From: Myxococcota bacterium
GTDB taxonomy: Bacteria; Myxococcota_A; UBA9160; PR03
Reading direction: 5' to 3'
Length of the DNA: 64,000 nt
NCBI GenBank assembly: GCA_041611735.1
Contig: JBFIML010000008.1
Span: 40,570 to 104,569 of the forward strand
Shown: piece after piece, positions 29,017 to 42,725 of the stretch
How the letters are laid out: every line of letters starts with the position of its first letter
How positions within the stretch are numbered: position 1 is the first letter of the stretch
Translations under genes and position numbers: made by a program
The notes under the pieces: generated by a model
What the model was told of the DNA's origin: nothing
The model's database searches: none
The model's input: only the letters and a program-made list of their open reading frames with translations

Positions 29017-29805
29017 CTACCGGAGTGGTCTCGCCGCGTCAACCGACCCGCCCGGGCTGGCGCCGATGCGGACTCCGAGGGCTGCCAGGGCGGCCTCCGC
29101 GTGGCGCTCCCAGCCCCGGTTGGCCGCGGGGCTCGCCGGGCTCGGGTGGGGGATGCGACCGACCCGGACCGGAAGTCCGGCCAGCGCCTCGCGAGCGCGT
29201 CGCTCGGCGAAGCCGCCCACGCCGACCACCAGGCGCGGCGCCAGGCGTTCGATGCTGGCGCGCAGGGCCCGGTCGCAGGCCGCGAAGAGCGGCTCCCGCT
29301 CCGCCCTCGGAAGCCGGTCCGGGGTCCGGTTGCGCCCGCTCGCCTCCAGGAACAGGAGCGGGCAGTAGTTGGCCACGAAGAAGCGGGCGAAGCAGGCCTC
29401 GGGGGTCCCGAAGCGGGTGCGGGCCCAGCCCCAGAGGCGCCGCCCGCTCACCTCGCTGCGGCGGCAGGCGAAGCCCTGCACGGGTCGCTTCGGGTGCTGG
29501 CAGGCCGGCGGCTCCACCGGGGCCACGATGCCGAGCCAGTCGCGCACCAGGTTCACCTCACCGAAGGGAACACCGGTCTGCGCCATGCCCCAGGGCCCGG
29601 GATTCATCCCCACCAGCACCACCCGCTTGGGAGCGGCGCCGTAGCGGCGCAGGTAGAGCGCGTGGGACCGGCGCGCGTAGACGAGCGGGTTGTAGACATG
29701 GGTCACGGGAGGGCCGAAGAGGAGCGGCGCGAGCTCGCGCACCAGCCGATCCGTGATGCGGAGCAGCGTCTTCGCGGCGTCCGGTTTCGCTCGCCGGTCG
29801 CTCAA
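29017..29805 (-). CDS. SMUG1-type (family 3) uracil-DNA glycosylase
   Basis: GMNPGPWGMAQTGVPFG, NYCPL and HPSPASP; TTG start overlaps the upstream TGA. Confidence 0.9.
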   Translation of the reverse strand: MSDRRAKPDAAKTLLRITDRLVRELAPLLFGPPVTHVYNPLVYARRSHALYLRRYGAAPKRVVLVGMNPGPWGMAQTGVPFGEVNLVRDWLGIVAPVEPPACQHPKRPVQGFACRRSEVSGRRLWGWARTRFGTPEACFARFFVANYCPLLFLEASGRNRTPDRLPRAEREPLFAACDRALRASIERLAPRLVVGVGGFAERRAREALAGLPVRVGRIPHPSPASPAANRGWERHAEAALAALGVRIGASPGGSVDAARPLR

Positions 29806-30332
29806 AGCGGCCCGACGAGGCCCGCCAGCTCCTCCCGGCTCAGCTGCCGGAAGGAGAGCCGATAGCCCTCGTAGACCGCGATGGCGTAGAAGACGAGGTC
29901 GCCGGGCCGGAAGCTGGCCGCCAGCAGGCGCCCAGCGCTGGCGGCGTCCAGGCGGTCCAGCACCTCGCGCAGGGGGAGGCCTTCCTGCGCTGCCACGATC
30001 GCGCACACGGCCAGCAGGTTGCCGAGCACGCAGCCGCCGAGGGCCAGGATCCCGCCGGCCACGCCGAACTGGCGGTCCACGCCCTTGCCGAGCGCGCGGA
30101 CCGTCCAGCCCACCAGCAGGCCGATCGCCACGGCCACGATGCCGAGCTGGTAGCCCGTGGCCGCCGCGACGGCCGCCCAGCCCGCCGCGCCCACGGCCGC
30201 CGCCACGGCGCCGCCCACCACGCCGAGCACCAGGTTCTGCTCGGAGCGCAGCAGCTGGAGCGCGTACTCGAGCCGCACCGGGTCGATGGGCGGCGTCTGC
30301 GGTGCCTCGGGCTCTCGGGGGGCCTCGCCCAC
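29802..30332 (-). CDS. Hypothetical membrane protein
   Basis: Several Gly/Ala-rich TM segments; translationally coupled to SMUG1. Start approximate. Confidence 0.65.
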   Translation of the reverse strand: MGEAPREPEAPQTPPIDPVRLEYALQLLRSEQNLVLGVVGGAVAAAVGAAGWAAVAAATGYQLGIVAVAIGLLVGWTVRALGKGVDRQFGVAGGILALGGCVLGNLLAVCAIVAAQEGLPLREVLDRLDAASAGRLLAASFRPGDLVFYAIAVYEGYRLSFRQLSREELAGLVGPL

Positions 30333-30354
30333 GCGGCCTAGTCTACGCAAGGGT

Positions 30355-31542
30355 TCATCCGCGCGGAAGCTTCTCGAAGGGGAGCTCGCGATCCGGCCGC
30401 GCCTCCCGGGGCAGGCCGAGCACACGCTCCGCGATCACGTTCTTCTGGATCTCGTCGGTGCCTCCGGCGATGTGCAGCGCCGGAGCGAACAGCAGCTGGC
30501 GGGTCCAGGGTGGCCGGTCGAGCAGCGCTTCGGGGCCCAGCAGTCGCTGTCCCAGGTCGCCGGCCTGGGAGAGGATGCGGGCGATGGCGAGCTTCATCAC
30601 CGAGGACTCGGCGTCGGGGATGCGGCCTCGCCCGAGCTGGGTGACCACGCGCGCATTCAGGAGCTCGAGGGCCTTCACCCGCACGTAGAGATGTCCGAGC
30701 TCGTCGCGCAGGCCGGGGTCCAGGTGCTCGCGGCAGGCGCGCGCGTGGGCGGCGAGGGCTTCGAACGAGAACATGCGCTCGATCCCGCCGATCGCCATGC
30801 GTTCGTGCATCAGCGTCGTGAGCGCCACGGGCCAGCCGCCGTCCACCGGTCCGACCCGGTGCGCGTCCGGCACGCGCACCTCGTTCAGGAAGACCTCGTT
30901 GAAGTGGGCATCCCCGGTCATCTGGCGCAGGGGGCGCACCTCGACGCCCGGGGCACGCATGTCCAGCAGGAAGTAGGTGATGCCCTGGTGCTTGGGACGG
31001 GTGGGGTCGCTGCGCGCCAGCAGGATGCCCCAGTCCGCATAGTGGGCTCCCGACGACCAGGTCTTCTGGCCCGTCACGAGCCACGCGTCGCCGTCGCGAA
31101 CCGCCCGCGTCGCGATGGCCGCCAGGTCGGAGCCGGCTCCGGGCTCGCTGAAGAGCTGGCACCACAGCTCGTCGCCGCGCAGCATCGGTGGCAGGAAGCG
31201 CTGCTTCTGCTCCGCGTCGCCGTGGGCGATCAGGGTGGGGCCGGCCATCCCGATCCCCACCACGAAGATCGATTCGCCGAGGCCCGCCCGGCCGAGCTCC
31301 TGGTTCCAGACGATCTGCTCCACCGGGCCGAGGCCGCGGCCGCCGTACTCGCTCGGCCACAGCAGCGCCGCCCAGCCATGCTGGTGGAGCGTGCGCTGCC
31401 AGGCGCGGGAGACGGCCAGCAGCTCCGCGTCGTCCACCTGCTCCAGGGTATAGTCGGGCCAGTGCGCCGGGGCCCGGGCGTCGAGGAAGGCGCGTGCCTG
31501 GGCCCGGAAGGCGGCTTCGGCCGGCGAGTCGCGGAAGTCCAT
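30355..31542 (-). CDS. Acyl-CoA dehydrogenase
   Basis: WCQLFSEPGAGSDLA, GQKTWSS and IAGGTDEIQKNVIAERVLGLPRE. Confidence 0.93.
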   Translation of the reverse strand: MDFRDSPAEAAFRAQARAFLDARAPAHWPDYTLEQVDDAELLAVSRAWQRTLHQHGWAALLWPSEYGGRGLGPVEQIVWNQELGRAGLGESIFVVGIGMAGPTLIAHGDAEQKQRFLPPMLRGDELWCQLFSEPGAGSDLAAIATRAVRDGDAWLVTGQKTWSSGAHYADWGILLARSDPTRPKHQGITYFLLDMRAPGVEVRPLRQMTGDAHFNEVFLNEVRVPDAHRVGPVDGGWPVALTTLMHERMAIGGIERMFSFEALAAHARACREHLDPGLRDELGHLYVRVKALELLNARVVTQLGRGRIPDAESSVMKLAIARILSQAGDLGQRLLGPEALLDRPPWTRQLLFAPALHIAGGTDEIQKNVIAERVLGLPREARPDRELPFEKLPRG

Positions 31543-31574
31543 GGCTGCCTCCCGTTGAGCCCTCGGGCCAGAAA

Positions 31575-31588
31575 TGATACACGTTTCA
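31575..31588. promoter_or_regulatory. Degenerate KstR-type operator
   Basis: TGATACACGTTTCA has one mismatch to TnnAACnnGTTnnA and lies in the AT-rich gap between divergent ACAD genes. Confidence 0.55.
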
Positions 31589-31639
31589 AAAACGAGGCCG
31601 CCCGCGGCGCCGGGCGGCGGCTCGATGCGGAGCCGCGGC

Positions 31640-32815
31640 ATGTATCTGGACCTCACTCCCGAGCAGCAGGCCCTGCGCGACCAGCTGCGCGCCTACTTCG
31701 CCACGCTCATGACTCCGGACCTCGAGGAGGAGATCCGGGGCAGCGAGGGAGGCGGACCGCTCTACCGAGAGGTCTTGCGCCGCATGGGCGAGGATGGCTG
31801 GCTCGGCATCGGGTGGCCCAAGGAGTACGGCGGGCAGGGGCGCTCACACATCGAGCAGCTCATCTTCGCCGACGAGGTGCAGCGGGCCGGCTTCCCCCTC
31901 CCCTTCCTGACCCTGCATACCGTCGGTCCGACGCTCATGCAGTTCGGGACGGAGGCGCAGCGGCGCGAGCTGCTGCCCCGCATCCTGCGCGGCCAGTGCC
32001 ATTTCGCCATCGGCTACTCGGAGCCCGGAGCGGGCACCGACCTGGCGTCGCTCCAGACCCGGGCCGTACGCGACGGCGACGAGTACGTGGTCAACGGCCA
32101 GAAGGTCTTCACGAGCCTCGCGGACTTCGCCGACTACATCTGGCTGGCAGTTCGCACCGATCCCCGGGCGCCCAAGCACCGTGGCATCTCGATCCTCATG
32201 GTGGACACCCAGCTCCCCGGCTTCAAGCTGACCCCGACCTGGACCATGGGCGACGTGCGCACCAACACCACCTGGTACGAGGACGTGCGGGTGCCGGTGC
32301 GCATGCTGGTGGGGCGCGAGAACGAGGGCTGGGGCCTGATCGTGAACCAGCTCAACTACGAGCGCATCTCGCTCACGCCCTACGGTCCGCTGGCGCGGCT
32401 GCTGGAGGAGACGCGCGCCTGGGCGCACAAGACCGAGCTCGCGGGAGGAGAGCGGGTCATCGACCGGCCCTGGGTGCGCGAGCGGCTGGCGCGTGTCCAC
32501 GCGGGACTCGAAGCGCTCAAGCTCATGCACTGGAAGCAGGCCTGGGCCATGACGCGCGGGATGCTCCAGGCGGCGGACGCGTCGGCCCTCAAGGTGTACG
32601 CCAGCGAGTTCTACGTGGAGGCCTATCGCCATCTGATGGAAGTCTTCGGGCCCGGCGCGGCGCTCCAGCGCGGGTCGGCCGGAGCGGTGCTGCGCGGGCG
32701 GCTCGAGCGCATGTACCGGGCCACCTTGATCCTCACCTTCGGGGGCGGCACCAACGAGGTGCAGCGCGACATCATCGCCATGGCCGGCCTCGGCCTGCCA
32801 AGGGGACGTTCTTGA
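31640..32815 (+). CDS. Acyl-CoA dehydrogenase, FadE26/ChsE4-like
   Basis: YFATLMTP, GYSEPGAGTDLA and FGGGTNEVQRDII. Confidence 0.88.
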   Translation: MYLDLTPEQQALRDQLRAYFATLMTPDLEEEIRGSEGGGPLYREVLRRMGEDGWLGIGWPKEYGGQGRSHIEQLIFADEVQRAGFPLPFLTLHTVGPTLMQFGTEAQRRELLPRILRGQCHFAIGYSEPGAGTDLASLQTRAVRDGDEYVVNGQKVFTSLADFADYIWLAVRTDPRAPKHRGISILMVDTQLPGFKLTPTWTMGDVRTNTTWYEDVRVPVRMLVGRENEGWGLIVNQLNYERISLTPYGPLARLLEETRAWAHKTELAGGERVIDRPWVRERLARVHAGLEALKLMHWKQAWAMTRGMLQAADASALKVYASEFYVEAYRHLMEVFGPGAALQRGSAGAVLRGRLERMYRATLILTFGGGTNEVQRDIIAMAGLGLPRGRS

Positions 32816-32890
32816 CGAATTGACTTCTTCCGGCGGCGTGCCATCGGGCCCGGCGGCTTGTAAAGCAGTCAATGAGTCAGGAACTTCCCC
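32802..32890. repeat. Palindromic element copy 2
   Basis: GGGGACGTTCTTGACGAATTGACT ... AGTCAATGAGTCAGGAACTTCCCC. Confidence 0.85.
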
Positions 32891-32901
32891 GGAGCGAGAG
32901 C

Positions 32902-34041
32902 ATGGACTTCGGTTTCACCGAGGAGCAGCAGGCGCTTCGCGAGCTGGCGCGCAAGATCCTTGCGGATCGCGTCACGCCGGATCGTTTGCGGGAGATCGAG
33001 CGAAGCGACGAGGGCATCGACCGCGAGCTGTGGGCCGAGCTGGCCAAGGCGAACCTGCTCGGGAGCTGCCTGCCCGAGTCGGTGGACGGGAGCGGGCTCG
33101 GCTTCTTCGAGCTGTGTCTCCTGCTCCAGGAAGCGGGCCGGACGGTCGCGCCGCTCCCCCTGTGGGCGACGCTCGTCCTCGGCGCCCTGCCGCTCGCCGA
33201 GTTCGGGAGCGCCGCCCAGCGCGAGCGCTGGCTCCCGGCGGTGGTTCGCGGCGAGGCCTTCCTCACCGCAGCGCTCTTCGAGCCGGACTCCCTGGACCCG
33301 ACCCGCCCCACGACCCGCGCCGAACGTGTCGACGGCGGCTGGCGCCTCTCGGGCGAGAAGCTGTGTGTTCCAGCCGCGCCGGTCGCGGCCCGGGTACTCG
33401 TTCCGGCCCGCTTCGCCTCGGGCGGCGTCGGGATGTTCCTGCTCGACCCACATGCCGATGGCGTCGCGCTCGAGCGCCAGATCGCCACGAATCACGAGGT
33501 GCTGGGACGCCTGGTGCTCAGCCGCGCGTCGGTCGCCGACGCGGACCGGCTCGGCGGCGAACAGGAGGGCCAGGCCGCAATCCGCTGGCTGGCGGACCGG
33601 GCGGTGGTGGCTCTCTGCGCCCTCCAGCTCGGGGTGGTCGAGCGCGCCCTCGAGATCACGGCCCGCTACGTGGCCGAGCGCCGCCAGTTCGACCGCCCCA
33701 TCGGCAGCTTCCAGGCCGTGCACCAACGCGCCGGGGATGCCTACATCGACGTGGAGCTGATCCGCCTCACCACCTGGCAGGCGGCCTGGCGTCTGGACCA
33801 GGGCATGCCGTCGACGGGAGAGATCGCCGTGGCCAAGTTCTTCGCTTCGGAGGCCGGCCATCGGATCGTGTACGCAGCCCAGCATCTCCACGGCGGGATT
33901 GGCGTCGACGTGGACTACCCGATCCACCGCTACTACCTGTGGGCGCGCGAGATCGAGCTGACGCTCGGCTCCGGAGCCCGCCAGCTCGAGCGGCTCGGGG
34001 AGGAGCTGGCGCGCAGCCCCGCGACGGCCGCGATCGGGTAG
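32902..34041 (+). CDS. Acyl-CoA dehydrogenase, FadE27/ChsE5-like partner subunit
   Basis: [14 protein letters not shown] and QHLHGGIGVDVDYPIHRY; tandem with the previous ACAD. Confidence 0.88.
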   Translation: MDFGFTEEQQALRELARKILADRVTPDRLREIERSDEGIDRELWAELAKANLLGSCLPESVDGSGLGFFELCLLLQEAGRTVAPLPLWATLVLGALPLAEFGSAAQRERWLPAVVRGEAFLTAALFEPDSLDPTRPTTRAERVDGGWRLSGEKLCVPAAPVAARVLVPARFASGGVGMFLLDPHADGVALERQIATNHEVLGRLVLSRASVADADRLGGEQEGQAAIRWLADRAVVALCALQLGVVERALEITARYVAERRQFDRPIGSFQAVHQRAGDAYIDVELIRLTTWQAAWRLDQGMPSTGEIAVAKFFASEAGHRIVYAAQHLHGGIGVDVDYPIHRYYLWAREIELTLGSGARQLERLGEELARSPATAAIG

Positions 34042-34170
34042 TCGGCAAGCGGAGCGCGCAGCGAGGCGCAGCCGAGCGAAGTTCATCGGCAAGCGAAGCG
34101 CGCAGCGAGGCGCAGCCGAGCGAAGTTCATCGGCAAGCGAAGCGCGCAGCGAGGCGCAGCCGAGCGAAGT
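34042..34170. repeat. 44-bp tandem repeat, about 3 copies
   Basis: TCGGCAAGCG(G/A)AGCGCGCAGCGAGGCGCAGCCGAGCGAAGTTCA at 34042, 34086 and 34130 (last copy truncated). Confidence 0.95.
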
Positions 34171-34647
34171 CTATCCAAGCGGTGGCACGAAGAGGGTGAT
34201 CGTCTCGTACACCACCGCAGGGCGATCGTTCCCCACCACGTGGATGTGGTTCTCGAACACGATCTGCGTGCCCTTCGGCTTCTTCTCCACGGCCTTCAAG
34301 CGCCCGCGCATGTGGATCTTGCTCCCGGCCAGGACCGGCCCCGTGAAGCGCAGCTTGTCGGAGCCGTAGTTCACCACGTTCCCGAAGCCAGTCAGGGCAA
34401 AGGTCGGCTTGGGGGTCAGGCTCGGCAGCAGCGACAGGGTGAGGAAGCCGTGGGCCACGGGCCCCCCGAATGGGCTCTGCTTCCTGGCGCGTTCCACGTC
34501 CACGTGGATCCACTGGTGATCCCCGGTCAGATCCGCGAACTGCTCGATCATCTCCTGGGTCACCGTCATCTCGGGTCCCCAGGGTCCGAACTCCTCGCTC
34601 ACCTGCTTGCGGATGCTCTCGACGTCATCGAAGCGGATCGGGTCCAT
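34171..34647 (-). CDS. MaoC family dehydratase
   Basis: FADLTGDHQWIHVD, AHGFLTLSL and NYGSDKLRF; ATG follows GGAGGAG. Confidence 0.9.
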   Translation of the reverse strand: MDPIRFDDVESIRKQVSEEFGPWGPEMTVTQEMIEQFADLTGDHQWIHVDVERARKQSPFGGPVAHGFLTLSLLPSLTPKPTFALTGFGNVVNYGSDKLRFTGPVLAGSKIHMRGRLKAVEKKPKGTQIVFENHIHVVGNDRPAVVYETITLFVPPLG

Positions 34648-34670
34648 GCCACACTCCTCCTGGCCGACAG

Positions 34671-35582
34671 TCATTGGGGCGGGACGGTGAAGCCGTCCTT
34701 CACCGGCTCGAGCTTCTCGAAGTGGGGACCGAGCTGATCGTCGAGGGCCTCCACGGTCCAGCGCTCGGCACTCTCGAAGCGGGTGTGGAGGGTGGGTCTC
34801 CCCACCACGGTCACGTTGCGTCCCCAGACCACGAAGACCTGGCCCGAGATGCGATCCGCCTTCGGAGAGGCCAGATAGACCACGAGTGGCGTCACGTTCT
34901 CGGGCGCGAAGTGGTCGAAGCCCTGCTCGGGCTTCTGGAAGATCGCTGCCACCGGGCCCGCCAGGGTCATGCGCGTGCGGGCCCGGGGCATCACCACGTT
35001 GGCGGTGACCCCGTACTTCTGGCACAGCTGGGCCGCGCCCATGGTGAGGGCGACGATTCCCGCCTTGGCGGCGGCGTAGTTGGGCTGGCCGGGGTTTCCG
35101 AACAGGAAGGCTTCGGAGGAGGTGCTGATCAGACGGCCGTAGAGGGGACCCCCTCGGGCCTTGGACTGCTCGCGCCACCAGGCGGTGGCGTGCCGCATGG
35201 TGCAGAAGTGACCTTTCAGGTGGACGCGCACCACCGCGTCGAAATCCTCCTCGCTCATGTTGAAGAGGGTGGCGTCACGCAGGAAGCCGGCGTTGTTGAC
35301 GAGGATGTCGAGGTCGCCGAACTCGGAGAGGGCGGTCTCGATCAGGCGCTTGGCATCGTTCCAATCGGCGACGTCGCCGAAGTGCGGGACCGCCTCGCCG
35401 CCCGCGGCGCGGATCTCGTCCACCACCGCGCGAGCCGCGCTCTCGTCGCGCCCGGTGCCGTCGGCCCGGGTGCCGAGATCGTTCACCACCAGCCGCGCCC
35501 CGTGCCGAGCCAGGTCGAGGGCCTCGAGCCGGCCGAGCCCATGGGCTGCTCCGGTGACGATCGCAACCTTGCCGTCGAGCAT
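34671..35582 (-). CDS. SDR oxidoreductase (hydroxyacyl-CoA/hydroxysteroid dehydrogenase-like)
   Basis: TGAAHGLG, NNAG and NYAAAK. Confidence 0.9.
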   Translation of the reverse strand: MLDGKVAIVTGAAHGLGRLEALDLARHGARLVVNDLGTRADGTGRDESAARAVVDEIRAAGGEAVPHFGDVADWNDAKRLIETALSEFGDLDILVNNAGFLRDATLFNMSEEDFDAVVRVHLKGHFCTMRHATAWWREQSKARGGPLYGRLISTSSEAFLFGNPGQPNYAAAKAGIVALTMGAAQLCQKYGVTANVVMPRARTRMTLAGPVAAIFQKPEQGFDHFAPENVTPLVVYLASPKADRISGQVFVVWGRNVTVVGRPTLHTRFESAERWTVEALDDQLGPHFEKLEPVKDGFTVPPQ

Positions 35583-35592
35583 GCCGTCTCCC

Positions 35593-39592
<4,000 letters not shown>

Positions 39593-39595
39593 CGA

Positions 39596-40567
39596 CTAGC
39601 CCGCCGGCCGGAAGACGGGGAGCTTCAGCTCCTCGTCCACGTTCTCGATGCTCGCCTGGAGCCGCATGCCAATCGCCACCTTCTCGGGATCGCAGCCCAC
39701 GACGTTGGCCACCATCCGCGTGCCTTCCTCGAGCTCGATGAGCCCCACCACCAGGGGATACTCGTAGCCCGGAAAGCGAGGGTGATGGAGGACCGTGTAG
39801 CTGTGGAGCGTACCCCGCCCCCGGGCGGGCACCGCGCCCCACTCGAGGGACTGGCATTTCCCGCACATGGGGCGCGGCGGATGGCGCAGCGTGCCGCAGG
39901 CGCTACAGCGCTGGATCAGCAGCTCGCCCCGGTCGATTCCCTCCCACCACCAGGCGTTGTCGTGGCCCCGGGGCGCACGCATGCGGCGGGGCTGGCTGGC
40001 TGTGGCTGGCTGCGGGGAGGCCTGCGGCTCCTGGGCGGGCTTGAACTTCAGCACGCGGAAGGTCATCCAGCCGACCTCTTGCCCCTGCTGGTCTCGGAAG
40101 ACCGTCCGCGTGTCGATGAAATATCCGATTCCAAGGGCGGTCGCCTTCTGCTCGGAGATGGACTCGATCGTGGTGGTGGCGGTCACGCGGTCACCGGGTC
40201 GCAGGTAGCGCCGGTACTCCTGCTCGCAGTCCGTGGCCACGACCGAGGGGTAGCCGTGCGCGCTGAGCAACTGGTGCAGCTCCTGCTGCTTGTCGCGGGG
40301 ACCGTCGCCCACCTGCGCCATCTCGACTCCGCCCAGGATCCAGGCCTGCAGCATGGTGGGCGGCGCCACGAGCCCATGGTGCACGGAAGCGACCGCCGCC
40401 TGCGGGTCCGTGTACACCGGGTTGCGGTCGCCGAGGGCCTCGCACCAGTGGCGGATCATGGCCTCGTTCACGGGGACCGGGCCTACGCCGGGCGGACCGG
40501 TCTCGATGCCCACGTAGGCCCGCAACCGCTTCTCGAAGGCCTGCTGGTCGCGCTTCTGCAGACTCAC
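39596..40567 (-). CDS. MaoC + DUF35 hydratase subunit, ChsH2-like
   Basis: PVNEAMIRHW, APPTMLQAW, VVATDCEQ and a C-terminal CSAC..CGKC OB-fold. GTG 40567 is best placed relative to GGAG; 40573 is an alternative. Confidence 0.9.
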   Translation of the reverse strand: MSLQKRDQQAFEKRLRAYVGIETGPPGVGPVPVNEAMIRHWCEALGDRNPVYTDPQAAVASVHHGLVAPPTMLQAWILGGVEMAQVGDGPRDKQQELHQLLSAHGYPSVVATDCEQEYRRYLRPGDRVTATTTIESISEQKATALGIGYFIDTRTVFRDQQGQEVGWMTFRVLKFKPAQEPQASPQPATASQPRRMRAPRGHDNAWWWEGIDRGELLIQRCSACGTLRHPPRPMCGKCQSLEWGAVPARGRGTLHSYTVLHHPRFPGYEYPLVVGLIELEEGTRMVANVVGCDPEKVAIGMRLQASIENVDEELKLPVFRPAG

Positions 40568-40576
40568 GTTCACTCC

Positions 40577-40664
40577 GGGGACGTTCTTGGCCGATCGACT
40601 CTTGCCGAGAACGTCAAGCTTGCCGATGCGATCGGGGAAAAGTCAATCAGTCAAGAACGTCCCC
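40577..40664. repeat. Palindromic element copy 4
   Basis: GGGGACGTTCTTGGCCGATCGACT ... AGTCAATCAGTCAAGAACGTCCCC. Confidence 0.85.
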
Positions 40665-41838
40665 GGCCTCGGGGCAGGCGCAGGCCAGCCCCGGCGATGA
40701 TGTCGCGCTGCACCTCGTTCACGCCTCCCCCGAAGGTCAGGGTCACGGCGGCCCGGTAGGCCTGTTCCAGGAGACCCCCGAAAAGCGCGCCGGGCTGCCC
40801 CGCGCGGATCCGGCCCGCCGGACCCACGACCTCCAGGAGCAGCCGGTAGCACTCCACGAAGAACTCGGTCCCCATCACCTTGACCGCCGACGCCTCCGCC
40901 ATCTCGGGCTCGCCCGCCGCCACCGACCAGGCCGAGTGCCAGTTCAGCAGCTTGAGTGCCTCGAGCCGGGCATGGACGCGCGCGAGATCGAGCTGGACCC
41001 AGGGCTGGTCCAGCATCCGGCCGCCGTCGGGCGCTGGCGTGTGCGCGGCCCAGGCCCAGACCTCGTCGAGCAGCCGGTCTGCCAGGCCCGGGCACGCGAG
41101 GGTGATGCGCTCGTGGTTGAGCTGCTCGGTGATCAGGCTCCAGCCGCCGTGCTCGGGCCCGACCCGGTTCGTCACCGGGATCCGGACGTTCTCGTACCAG
41201 GTGGAGTTGGTGCGCTCGCCGCCCAACGTGTGGATGGGCGTCACCGAGAAACCCGGACAGTCCGTCGGCACCAGCAGGATCGAGATGCCCTTGTGGCGGG
41301 GAGCCTCGGGATCGGTGCGGGCGGCCAGCCAGATGTAGTCGGCGTCGTGGGCGTGGGTCGTGTAGAGCTTCTGGCCGTTGATCACGTACTCGTCGCCGTC
41401 ACGGACCGCCCGCGTCTGGAGCGACGCCAGGTCGGTGCCGGCCGCCGGCTCCGTGTAGCCCACGCCGAAGAAGAGCTCGCCGCGCAGGATGCGGGGCAGC
41501 AGCTGGCGCTTCTGGGCTTCGCTCCCGTGACGGATCAGGGTGGGTCCGATCGTGTTGACGGAGATCACCGGGAGCGGCGCCCGGGCCCGGTAGGTCTCGT
41601 CCCAGAAGATGAACTGCTCGATTGCGGAGCGGCCCCGTCCGCCGTACTCCCGCGGCCAGCCGAGCCCGAGCCAGCCGTCGCGGCCCATGCGGCCCACGAC
41701 CTGGCGGAAGACGGGTCCGCCCATCTCCTCGAACTCCGCATCCAGAGCGCGTCGCAGCTCGGGAGTGAAGAGCTCCCGGTAGTAGCTGCGGATCTCCTTG
41801 CGGAGGGCCTGCTGCTCGGGGGTGAAGTCGAGGTACAT
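40651..41838 (-). CDS. Acyl-CoA dehydrogenase, FadE29/ChsE2-like
   Basis: GYTEP.AGTDLASL, TTHAHDADYIWLA, QLNHER and FGGGVNEVQR. Confidence 0.88.
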   Translation of the reverse strand: MYLDFTPEQQALRKEIRSYYRELFTPELRRALDAEFEEMGGPVFRQVVGRMGRDGWLGLGWPREYGGRGRSAIEQFIFWDETYRARAPLPVISVNTIGPTLIRHGSEAQKRQLLPRILRGELFFGVGYTEPAAGTDLASLQTRAVRDGDEYVINGQKLYTTHAHDADYIWLAARTDPEAPRHKGISILLVPTDCPGFSVTPIHTLGGERTNSTWYENVRIPVTNRVGPEHGGWSLITEQLNHERITLACPGLADRLLDEVWAWAAHTPAPDGGRMLDQPWVQLDLARVHARLEALKLLNWHSAWSVAAGEPEMAEASAVKVMGTEFFVECYRLLLEVVGPAGRIRAGQPGALFGGLLEQAYRAAVTLTFGGGVNEVQRDIIAGAGLRLPRGRGRS

Positions 41839-41890
41839 GGTGCTCCGCTGCGATCGGGCGCGGCACGGCCCTGGCGGATGTGCTCCCGCC

Positions 41891-42691
41891 CTAGCGTCCC
41901 TTGAAGGCCGGCTTGCGCTTCTGCGCGAAGGCGCGCGGCCCTTCCCGGGCATCCTCGCTGGCGAAGACGGGCAGGCCGATCTGGAGCTCGGTCTTCAACG
42001 CCTCGCTCTCGGGAACCCCCTCCGTCTCCCGCAGCGCGCGCAGCACGGCCTGCACGGCCAGGGGTCCGTTCTCGGCGATCTGCCCGGCAATCTCCCGCGC
42101 GCGGTCCAAGGCCTGGCCGTCCGGGACCACGTGACCGATCAATCCGATCCCGAGCGCCTCGCGCGCGGAGAGGTGACGACCCGTCAGGAGCATCTCTGCA
42201 GCGTGCGTGTAGGAAATCTGGCGGCGCAGCCGCACCGTGGAGCCGCCCAACGGGAAGAGCCCCCAACGCACCTCCGAGACGCCGAAGCGGGCGCTCTCGC
42301 CCGCGACGCGGACGTCCGTGGCCTGCAGGATCTCCGTGCCGCCGGCCACCGCCGGGCCCTCCACGGCTGCCACCAGCGGCTTCCGGGGCCGCTGCTGGCG
42401 CAGGAGCGCCTTCCACTGCAGGTCCGGATCCTCGACGAAGCGGCGCTTCCACGGGTCGTCGCCCGCGTGCCCCCCGGCGAGCGCCTTCAGGTCCGCCCCG
42501 GCGCAGAAGCAGCCTCCGGCCCCGGTCAGGATCGCCGCCCGCACGTCCGGGTCGGCGTCGATCGCCTGCCAGGCGTCGGCCATGCGAGCCAGCATCTCGG
42601 GACTGAACGCATTGCGGGCCTCGGGCCGGTTCAGGGTCACGACCACCACCTGGCCCTCGCGCTCCATGAGCACGTGCGGGGACTCGGCCAT
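41891..42691 (-). CDS. Enoyl-CoA hydratase/crotonase, EchA19-like
   Basis: FCAGADLK, AGGTEILQATD.RVAGESARFGVSE and GGSTVRL.RQI. Confidence 0.9.
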   Translation of the reverse strand: MAESPHVLMEREGQVVVVTLNRPEARNAFSPEMLARMADAWQAIDADPDVRAAILTGAGGCFCAGADLKALAGGHAGDDPWKRRFVEDPDLQWKALLRQQRPRKPLVAAVEGPAVAGGTEILQATDVRVAGESARFGVSEVRWGLFPLGGSTVRLRRQISYTHAAEMLLTGRHLSAREALGIGLIGHVVPDGQALDRAREIAGQIAENGPLAVQAVLRALRETEGVPESEALKTELQIGLPVFASEDAREGPRAFAQKRKPAFKGR

Positions 42692-42725
42692 GCCGCCTCC
42701 CGGGCGCGATCGCCCTTGCCGGACG

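Noticed and set aside
34042-34170. Possible CRISPR array
   Set aside because: The units are contiguous with no unique spacers, and no cas genes are present.
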